From IMG/VR virus record IMGVR_UViG_3300020433_000002, positions 20,506-84,505 of that record: a DNA stretch of 64,000 nt; one strand, written 5' to 3'. A model generated the notes under the pieces. It did not search any database, was not told where the DNA came from, and saw only the letters and a program-made list of their open reading frames with translations. The position numbers and the translations under genes were made by a program. This stretch comes from a virus. Shown here one piece after another: positions 29,788 to 38,600 of the stretch (positions are counted from its first letter, which is position 1; each line of letters opens with the position of its first letter).

Positions 29788-31214
29788 TGGCAGTACAATC
29801 CTCAAAATACGAAGTATTTAAAATTAAATCTTCCAATGGTGAAAGAGAAGTAGATCTTATAGATGGCCCTTATGCGGGTGGAACTAGAATTGTTAACATA
29901 TATTATTATGAAAATGTATTATCACCACATATAACTGGAGTCATCACTCTTGTTAGTACTGGAGATGCAGTTTCTAAAGAAGGAGATGAATCAACAACAG
30001 GTTCTTTATATGAATATCTTCCACTTGAAGCTGGTTGCGAAATTTTTATGAGAATTAAAACTGAAATTGGTGAGGGTATAGATTTTGCTGTTAAGGATGA
30101 TCCTCATAGGATATTATATGTTAATGAGGTTCAAATATTAAGTAAACAGGCAAATAGTGAAACTATTCAAATAAGATTCTGTTCTAGAATTGGAGTATTA
30201 AATGCTGTTAAAAAGGTTACAGCATGTTATAAAGGTAATATATCAGAATCTGTTGCATCAATATGCAAAGATGTTTTAACATTACCTCCAGATAGGATAT
30301 TAGTTTCAGAATCTAGCAACACTTATACCTTTGCTGGAATGACTAAAAGACCATTTGATTTAATTGCTATGCTTGCAAAACAAACAATACCAATGAATAC
30401 TGCTAATCCTGGTTATTTTGCGTATGAAACAAAAAGTGGATTTAAGTATGTATCAGTAGATAGTTTAATTAATACAGAACCAGATGATCAAACTCATCAT
30501 TATTTTTATAACTCACAAAATAAAGATGTTCATCAGAAAGATGATGATAGTAATAATTTTAAAGTATCTGCATTAGTTGTAGGTAGAGATCAAAATCTTA
30601 CCAGTCAAATTAGATCTGGTATCTATGCAAGTAAAAATATATTCTTTAATCCAGCGACCTATCAGTTTACTGAAATTGATATTAATGTTGTTGATGGTAA
30701 ATTAATAGATGATGAGAAATTTAGTTCTTTAGGTAATAAACCAACAGTCGCTAAAATTCTTGATGAAGAATTTGAAGGAGGAACAAGATTTCATAGAGTA
30801 TCAACTGCTGTAATGAATATTGGTGGAGCAGATACCAGTGTAGATGCTAATAATAGTCCTGAGTTATATTATGCTGCTGGTGCTGCAAGATACAATATAT
30901 TATTCTCTCAAAACTATTCTATTGTTGTTCCGTGTAATACTGACTTAGAGGCAGGAGATACAGTTAAACTTGAAGTTGAGGTTATAAGTAGTAATAAGGA
31001 TCAAGGCCCTGATCAAAAGACAAGTGGTAATTATATAATACAATCACTATGTCATTTCTTTGAGGCTGAAAAATCTGTTACTTCTATGAAATTAATAAGA
31101 GACTCTTATGGAATGCATTTCTCTAAAGGTGAAACACCTAAACCTGCAATGAAAAAAGTAGCTATTAAAAATAAGAGGGGTAGAACTACTGGTTACAAAT
31201 ATGTGGAGGTTTAA
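29787..31214 (+). CDS. Baseplate hub / tail protein (gp27-like)
   Basis: YYENVLSP, Y..YET..GF...SVD.L, VP.NTDL.AGD, SG.YII..LCH; precedes gp5-like genes. Confidence 0.6.
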   Translation: MAVQSSKYEVFKIKSSNGEREVDLIDGPYAGGTRIVNIYYYENVLSPHITGVITLVSTGDAVSKEGDESTTGSLYEYLPLEAGCEIFMRIKTEIGEGIDFAVKDDPHRILYVNEVQILSKQANSETIQIRFCSRIGVLNAVKKVTACYKGNISESVASICKDVLTLPPDRILVSESSNTYTFAGMTKRPFDLIAMLAKQTIPMNTANPGYFAYETKSGFKYVSVDSLINTEPDDQTHHYFYNSQNKDVHQKDDDSNNFKVSALVVGRDQNLTSQIRSGIYASKNIFFNPATYQFTEIDINVVDGKLIDDEKFSSLGNKPTVAKILDEEFEGGTRFHRVSTAVMNIGGADTSVDANNSPELYYAAGAARYNILFSQNYSIVVPCNTDLEAGDTVKLEVEVISSNKDQGPDQKTSGNYIIQSLCHFFEAEKSVTSMKLIRDSYGMHFSKGETPKPAMKKVAIKNKRGRTTGYKYVEV

Positions 31215-31216
31215 TC

Positions 31217-31864
31217 ATGCCTGATCAGGATACCTATGGATCTGGTACTAATGAATTTCTTGGTATCATTCTTCCATTAGAATCACAAAAAGAACAACAA
31301 AATGGCGACGAAGGTGTCGGTTACAGATATAGAGTTGCTGTAATGGGAAGTCATCCTAGTGATGAAACTGTAAAAGATACTGATATCATTTACGCAATGG
31401 TAGCTCTTGGAGTATCTGATGGAACGGGTGCAGGAGGTAAGAAAAAAACACCTGCAATATCACAAGGTGATGTTGTTATGGGTAAATTCATGGATGGTGA
31501 TAGGAAACAAAATCCTGTTATCACAAATGTTTTAGGTAGAACCAAAGGTGTTAAATATGGAACGGGAAGGTTTGATATTAAAACGGGATATGTTGGTAAT
31601 AATACAGATGGTAACTTACTTGATCAATCTGAATTTAGTGAGACTGTACCAATATGTACACCTTCTGCTAGAGTGGATAACAGTACAGATAAGAGAGAAA
31701 CTAAAGATGAAGATTTGGCCAAATCTGGATTAGGTGGAGGTAATGAAGTTGGTGCATTAAAACCACCAGAAGATCCAAAACCACAGAGAAGAGATTTTGG
31801 AGGTGGTCGTGGTGGAGCGGCTTCGTATAATAGAGCTTTACGAAACTGGAAAGCACGTCAGTAA
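31217..31864 (+). CDS. gp5-like N-terminal OB-fold spike protein
   Basis: RYRVAVMGSHP and GDVVMGKFMDG..KQNPVI..VLG. Confidence 0.65.
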   Translation: MPDQDTYGSGTNEFLGIILPLESQKEQQNGDEGVGYRYRVAVMGSHPSDETVKDTDIIYAMVALGVSDGTGAGGKKKTPAISQGDVVMGKFMDGDRKQNPVITNVLGRTKGVKYGTGRFDIKTGYVGNNTDGNLLDQSEFSETVPICTPSARVDNSTDKRETKDEDLAKSGLGGGNEVGALKPPEDPKPQRRDFGGGRGGAASYNRALRNWKARQ

Positions 31865-31882
31865 CAGTAGATAAATAAAGTC

Positions 31883-33607
31883 ATGAGCAAAACACCAGCA
31901 CCAGCAAAATTAGATGATTTAAGTATTCAAACCGTAAAGGATTTGATAGAGGCTAATCCTGCTGATCCAAAATTACAAAATATAATAAGTCAGTATAAAA
32001 ATAATTATCCTTCAACTTTTGAAGGTGTAATTCCCAAACCTTTAGGTTCACTTACTAAAGAAGCACAGGAAAAAAGGCAAGCTTTTATTAGAGCATTACA
32101 AGAGTGTACTAAATCTGATAGTAATGTTGTTGGAGTTACTGTTACACAAGCAGATCCTTGTAAGGATACTGCTATGAGTGAAGTTAGTAATTCTTTAAAT
32201 AATTTCTTCAATAAGGTTCAGGCAAGTGGAAATCAAGTATTAAATATGCCTCAAGAAATTAGAAATGTATCAGATTTAGTTGCCCGTAGTATGACTAGTG
32301 TAACTAATAAAATGACGGGTGAATTAAATAATAAGATGGAATCGGAGTTTAAGGCAGGGTTGGGTAAAGTTCATGATTCAGTTATGGCCTTAGTACCAAC
32401 TACTTTACCTAAACCTGCAGCAGTCGCAATAATTAAAGGAATACAAGGAGGGATGTTAAGTCCTATGCAAAGTGCATTTGATGGTGCAACTTGTGGTATG
32501 CAGAGTATTACAGATGCTATGCAAGGTGTTGTTAGTGATTTGGTAACAGCAGCAGCAAAAAATATAACTAATGCACCAGCATGTGCAGTTCAGGAATTGA
32601 TGAGTGCGGTCACTAGTAAAACTACTGATATGATGGATTCAGTTGCTGGCCCAATAATGGCACCTATTGAAAAGACATTAGGTTTTGCATTTAATACCAA
32701 ACAATTCCTAACAAGTGGTGTTGATATGTTATCAAAGGCTGAGGGTTTATTATCTTGTGGTGAAAAAATGGATTGTCCTCCTAGCACCAATTATGTAACA
32801 GGTAAAGGTGATAGACCAAGCCCTTCAGATTCTACTCAGAATGAAGACTTTAGAAAAATGTTCTCAGGAACAGCAGTCACAGCAGCAGCAAGTGATAAAT
32901 TAACAGCATTTGAAAAAGAGTATGGATCTTGGGATATTTTTGGAGGTAAGTCACCAGCATCCGATATTGGCCCATGTGGAGATCCAGCTGAGCAGATCTG
33001 TGGAGGCCCAACTGTTAGCATCTTTGGTGGTGGAGGACAAGGTGGAGCAGGTAGAGTTATACTTGGAAAATTCATTAATAGGTTAGATACTAATGATATG
33101 TTTGCTTCAGTACAAAGAACTGCAAGTATTATTGGAGTAGAAGTTACAAATCCTGGTGCAAGATATATCAGTGAACCTATAGTAACTTTTGATGATCAAT
33201 GTCAGAAAGGAGAAGGTGCTTATGGTAAAGCAACTATTGATTATAATCCAAAATCTCCAACTTATGGTCAGATTACTAGTATCACTATGACTACTATTGG
33301 TAGTAAATATCCTGCCGAAACTGAAGATGATGCTTTTGTGACTGGAGTTCTAATTGACGCACCTGGCTCAGGTTATGAGGATGCTACTTTAGATAATTTT
33401 GAAGTAGTAATTACAGATGGTAAAGTTACTGGTGTTAATGTTGTGAATCAAATTGCATATCGTGATTTTCCAGATATGAAAATTAAAAGTGAAACAGGAT
33501 CTGGTGCTAGACTAAGACCTATAATGTCTAATACTCGACCTCAAGGAAAAGTTCTTGAGATTATTGATTGTGTTGGTAAATCATACACTAGTGGGGAGGT
33601 TAATTAA
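31883..33607 (+). CDS. Baseplate spike-associated protein (central part of cyanophage gp5-like locus)
   Basis: Helical Cys-containing N-terminal half; GGGGQGGAG, V.NPG..Y...P and G.GA repeats; IDCV end. Confidence 0.55.
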   Translation: MSKTPAPAKLDDLSIQTVKDLIEANPADPKLQNIISQYKNNYPSTFEGVIPKPLGSLTKEAQEKRQAFIRALQECTKSDSNVVGVTVTQADPCKDTAMSEVSNSLNNFFNKVQASGNQVLNMPQEIRNVSDLVARSMTSVTNKMTGELNNKMESEFKAGLGKVHDSVMALVPTTLPKPAAVAIIKGIQGGMLSPMQSAFDGATCGMQSITDAMQGVVSDLVTAAAKNITNAPACAVQELMSAVTSKTTDMMDSVAGPIMAPIEKTLGFAFNTKQFLTSGVDMLSKAEGLLSCGEKMDCPPSTNYVTGKGDRPSPSDSTQNEDFRKMFSGTAVTAAASDKLTAFEKEYGSWDIFGGKSPASDIGPCGDPAEQICGGPTVSIFGGGGQGGAGRVILGKFINRLDTNDMFASVQRTASIIGVEVTNPGARYISEPIVTFDDQCQKGEGAYGKATIDYNPKSPTYGQITSITMTTIGSKYPAETEDDAFVTGVLIDAPGSGYEDATLDNFEVVITDGKVTGVNVVNQIAYRDFPDMKIKSETGSGARLRPIMSNTRPQGKVLEIIDCVGKSYTSGEVN

Positions 33608-33609
33608 TT

Positions 33610-34173
33610 ATGTCTAATCAATCAGGATATCATGCAACAGTTCAGGACATGTGGAGTCCTTTATGTTACCTAGAAACACGTAACCCTAATGAAAGTAAAT
33701 GTGGTGCAGAATCTGCAGCATTAAAATTTACTAATGAAGCAGGGTGTAGATTTGTGATAGCACATCATGAAGGCCCTATAACCAGATTAGAAACAGAGCA
33801 AACATTTCAAATAGATGCTAATAGTAGTGGTGCTAATGATACTACTGGTATTCAGATGACTGCTCACAATGGAAATGTTAGTATTACTTCATCAAAGAAC
33901 TCTATAGGAATAAAGGCTGCACATACAATTACACTAGAGGCAGACAGTATTATCATTAAAGCTAAGAGAAAATTAGCATTAGGTGGTACAGAATCAAATT
34001 ATTGTAGACATATCCAAATTGAAGGAATGAAAATTGATGTTCCTAGTCGTTTTAATGGATCTTTGGGTAGGATATTGAAGAAATCATGGAAAATGAATGT
34101 TGCTATGGCTCCAAAAGTATTAGTTGGTGCTATAGCAGAAAAAGTATTTAATAGTTCACCAAACGGAATATAA
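33610..34173 (+). CDS. Spike beta-helix-like protein
   Basis: Repeated (I/V)-x-(I/L)-x-A pattern. Confidence 0.5.
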   Translation: MSNQSGYHATVQDMWSPLCYLETRNPNESKCGAESAALKFTNEAGCRFVIAHHEGPITRLETEQTFQIDANSSGANDTTGIQMTAHNGNVSITSSKNSIGIKAAHTITLEADSIIIKAKRKLALGGTESNYCRHIQIEGMKIDVPSRFNGSLGRILKKSWKMNVAMAPKVLVGAIAEKVFNSSPNGI

Positions 34174-34177
34174 GAAG

Positions 34178-34945
34178 ATGGCTGAAGAACCAAACACTAA
34201 TTTTTTTGCTGATGAGATTTTTGTTGATAAAATTACTGCTACTGAATCAATAGAAGCAAACAAAGTTGTAATCTCAGGTGAATTAGATGCAGGTACTATT
34301 ACGGGAGATGGTTCTAAATTAACGGGTGTAACTAATGGATTCACCTTCCCCGACGTAGATGGGAACTCTGGTGATGTTCTACAGACAAATGGGAATAAGG
34401 CACTCTCATTCGCAACTGCAGCTTCATGGACAGTTCATAAAACATATACTGGTAATAATTCTCATTTTGAGGCAACAGATTTAAACAATCCACAAGTAGT
34501 TAAACTTGTTTTTAATGAGATTAGGTACTCACTAGGTGGTAGAAATCATATGTATATTGGTTTTGGGCCTAGTTATCAGACTTCAGGATATTATGATATA
34601 GGTTATAATGTTGAGGCTGGCGGTTCAGTAACTCGTTTCAAACGAATTGATCAATTTAATTGGTATCCTATGGATTATAATTTCATCAATACTAATGCTT
34701 TGTATAGTGGTGAGATAGTCATAAGCAGAGTATCAACTGGTAATGATGTACAACCATATTATTACACCTATCGTTCTTGCATGGAGGCTGGTACTGGTTG
34801 GTCTGGATGGAGTGGTGCTGATCTTTATGAAATATCTGCTAGAGGTCATAATAATGATTTTACATATCCGTTGAACAAAGTAAAACTAGAGAATGGAAAT
34901 GGTGGTGAATATACTGGCAATCTTACAATTTTATCACAACGATAG
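34178..34945 (+). CDS. Short fibre-like protein
   Basis: GDGSKLTGV and FP..DG..G.VL.TNG...LSF motifs. Confidence 0.6.
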   Translation: MAEEPNTNFFADEIFVDKITATESIEANKVVISGELDAGTITGDGSKLTGVTNGFTFPDVDGNSGDVLQTNGNKALSFATAASWTVHKTYTGNNSHFEATDLNNPQVVKLVFNEIRYSLGGRNHMYIGFGPSYQTSGYYDIGYNVEAGGSVTRFKRIDQFNWYPMDYNFINTNALYSGEIVISRVSTGNDVQPYYYTYRSCMEAGTGWSGWSGADLYEISARGHNNDFTYPLNKVKLENGNGGEYTGNLTILSQR

Positions 34946-34971
34946 ACAAACCAGCATATATATGGTATAAT
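34943..34971 (+). promoter_or_regulatory. Sigma70-type promoter
   Basis: TAGACA-N17-TATAAT with TG extension. Confidence 0.6.
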
Positions 34972-34991
34972 ATTCTATATGTTCTGAGTTT

Positions 34992-35195
34992 ATGATGGAA
35001 GGTCAATTAGTAAAGGAGACTATTATAGATCTTTGTAATAGATCCTTTCTTATAATTTCCGACAATGGTTATGAAAAAAAGATTAGGTGTGAAACACCCG
35101 ATCAGTTTTTAGATGTGATGGAAGTAGTGAATGATTTATTAGAACCTGAGAGAATAAAGTACGCGAGTCTTGCCATTTATGAAAAAGACAAATGA
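34992..35195 (+). CDS. Hypothetical protein
   Basis: Follows the promoter; I.C.T.DQF..V motif. Confidence 0.65.
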   Translation: MMEGQLVKETIIDLCNRSFLIISDNGYEKKIRCETPDQFLDVMEVVNDLLEPERIKYASLAIYEKDK

Positions 35196-35325
35196 ACCAA
35201 AGATTAAACTTAATTTTGAAAGTTGCTACAACTATAACAAATTAAAGGATGAAGGTTTAATTGACGAACAACACGATATTGATGAAATAGTTCGCATACA
35301 TACTACACATGATGACGGGCCATGA
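35179..35325 (+). CDS. Small hypothetical protein (48 aa)
   Basis: MKKTNEPK...DDGP fills the gap between neighbours; not in track. Confidence 0.4.
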   Translation: MKKTNEPKIKLNFESCYNYNKLKDEGLIDEQHDIDEIVRIHTTHDDGP

Positions 35326-35328
35326 ATA

Positions 35329-35649
35329 ATGGTAAATACATTTGTGATAGAAACCACTTACTGTTGGTACAGTGAGGAACTTGAAGGTACGATTGAAAGA
35401 ATCGTTTTGATGTATTTCATTAACGGTATTCCTTTTACCTATGATGAACTGGAAGATTTGGATCGAACAGAAGAAGATCTTCCAATGATTACAACTATTG
35501 CTGATTATGAAAGACGATATACAACTGATGAATTGTACAAATATTATGCATATTTAATGTATGAGGAAATGCATCCAATGGTATTTCCGATAGAATTAGA
35601 AAACCCAGAAGATCTTCCTCCCGATTTCGTGGAAGAAGAGGAGTTCTAG
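35329..35649 (+). CDS. Acidic hypothetical protein
   Basis: MYFINGIPFTYDEL; YLMYEEMHP. Confidence 0.65.
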   Translation: MVNTFVIETTYCWYSEELEGTIERIVLMYFINGIPFTYDELEDLDRTEEDLPMITTIADYERRYTTDELYKYYAYLMYEEMHPMVFPIELENPEDLPPDFVEEEEF

Positions 35650-35699
35650 GGTGACTAAATAACTTATAGTAATAATTTTAGTAGTCATAAGGAAAACTC

Positions 35700-38600
35700 A
35701 TGCCTCTGAATAAATTAGATAATTTCATAAAGAACACTGAAGGCCGTATTCTTTATGTGAGTCCAAGCGATTTAGACTCAACCGATAGTATTAGTAATGA
35801 AGGTAATTCTCTTGCTAGACCATTTAAGACCGTTCAAAGAGCACTGCTAGAAGCGGCTAGATTTTCTTATGTTAAAGGAAGAAGTAATGATGAGATAGCT
35901 AAAACCACTATAGTATTATATCCTGGTGAGCATATTATTGATAACAGGCCAGGTTATAGAATTTTTAATGAAAATGGAGTTGCTAAAGTTCAACCAGCTG
36001 GTGGTGGAACAGTATCTAATGCATTAACAACTTTAGATTTAAACCTAACAAGTAATTTTGATTTAACACAAGCAGATAATATACTCTACAAATTTAATAG
36101 TGTTTATGGTGGTATTATTCTACCTAGAGGAACATCTATTGTTGGTATGGATCTTAGAAAAACTAGGATAAGACCTAAGTATGTTCCAAACCCAACTGAT
36201 CCAAATGTAGCTCATTCAGCAATCTTCAGAATGACTGGTACTTGCTATTTCTGGCAGTTCAGTTTATTTGATGGAGATGATTTAGGATTAGTATATACAG
36301 ACCCAGCTAACTTTGCAAAAACAGCAAGTCCAATATTCTCACACCATAAATTATCATGTTTTGAATATGCTGATGGTATCAATTTTGTAACTCTTGGTAA
36401 TACCACATATGATATTACAGACCTTGATATGTATTACGCTAAGATAGGTAATGCATATAATGTAGGTTCTGGAAGAGAAATTGAAAGTACTCAGAAATAT
36501 CCAGCAGATCCTCTTGCTTTCTGGCCACGAAGACCAGAATTTGAAATTGTTGGTGCTTTTGCTGCTGATCCTATCACATTAACAAGTATTAGAGCTGGAG
36601 ACGAAGCAGGTGTAACTAACGTAGTTACTGCAAAAACCTCTAGAGCTCATGGATATAATGTAGGTACACCAATTAAAGTCAGGGGTGTTACTCCAACAAA
36701 CTATAATATATCTGCTACAGTTACCAGTGTAAGTAATAGTGATGATACGGTATTTACATATACATTACCGAATCCACCACTTACTCTGATTCCAGGTAAT
36801 ACTTCAGCAGCAACAGTAACAGTTGAAACTGATACTGTACTAGGTGCATCACCATATGTGTTTAACTTATCAATGCGTTCAGTCTATGGTATGAACGGTA
36901 TGAACATTGATGGTTCAAAGGCCACAGGATTCAAATCTATAGTTGTTGCTCAGTTTACGGGAATATCACTACAGAAAGATGATAGAGCATTTGTAAAATA
37001 TAATCCAGTTGCAAGAACCTATGATGGTATTTCATTAGCATCGGTAGTTGATGGAGCAGCACTGGCAGCTGAATCATCTGCAACTGCAACAGGGGAAGCA
37101 TATCATTTAGATTCTTCTGCAATTTATAGAAAGGGATGGGAAACTGCTCATATTAAACTTACTAATGATGCTGTTGCTCAGGTTGTTTCTGTTTTCGCTA
37201 TTGGATTTGCAAATCATTTCCTTACAGAGAGTGGTGCTGACCAATCAATTACAAACTCCAACTCAAACTTTGGACAATTATCTCTTGTTTCTGATGGATT
37301 TAAGAAAAATGCATTTGAGAAAGATAATAAAGCATTCATTACTTCTATCATTCCTCCAAGAAAAATAGAAACAACCAGTAAGGATCTTGACTGGTTAGCT
37401 ATTGATAAGGCCAAAACACTTGCTGTTGGTGATAATGCTAAGTTATTCCTAGATGGATATACAAGTGCTGATATTTTACCACCCGTTAATACTCAAGGTT
37501 TTAAAGTAGGTGCGAAGGTAGGAGATGTTCTATTTCTACTTGTAGGTGGTAGTGAAAGATCTGCACAAATTTTAATGCCTGATGGTAGTAGTTCTGTAAA
37601 AGAATATAGAGTAAGCAGTGTTGATGAATTACTTGATAGTTTTACTATTGGTACTAATACACTAGATACTGGTGAGAAAGTTGTTATTACCAGTGATGAT
37701 GGTGATTTACCAGAGAACATAACAAATACTGAACTCTATTTTGCTATTAGAGCTGGTAGTAATGATATTAAATTAGCAGCATCCGAGACAGATGCTATTG
37801 CTGGAAAGGCAATTGATATTGCTGGTGGTACTAATCTTAGAATTTTCTCAAGAGTATCTGATAAAGTTTCTGGAGATTTAGGTCACCCAGTGCAATTTGA
37901 TGCTACTGAAGGTCAGTGGTATATTAATACTAATAATAGTAGTGGTTCTGGTGGAATATATGCTGCTTTAAGCACTGTGGGACTAATCCCAGAAGATGTT
38001 ACTACTGCTACGTTTATCAAGAGAATTGATGATACAAGAAGTTTAGATGAAAAAGTTTATAAGATAAGGGTTGTAATACCTAAGGAACTACAAAATGCTA
38101 AGAATCCAGAAAATGGATTCGTAATACAGGAATCAAGTAGTACAGGTGCTAGATCTGACGCAGACTTTACCTTTAATAATACTCTAACAACGAGTGATTA
38201 TGAATTTGATAAGAATCCAAGATTTATTGCTACATGTAATTCTTCATCTACAACTGGTATCTGTTCTATTAGATCAGAGTTACCTCATAATGTAACTGAG
38301 GGTGATACTATTATTGTTAAAAATGTAACTGATAGTGTTAATACCACTGGTGTTGCTAATACAGGATATAATGGAACATATAAAGTATTGACTGTGCATA
38401 ATTCCATGGAATTTGCATATCAACCCACTACTTTACATGGTCTTAAGTCTACGAACGATACATCACAAAGAGATCTAACATTACCTAGATTTGAAAAGAA
38501 TAATCTACAGACAAACCTTTATATCTACAGAGCTCTAAAGATCTCAAATTATGTTCAAGATAAGCAAGATGGAGTATATCACATCTATGCACTATCATCA

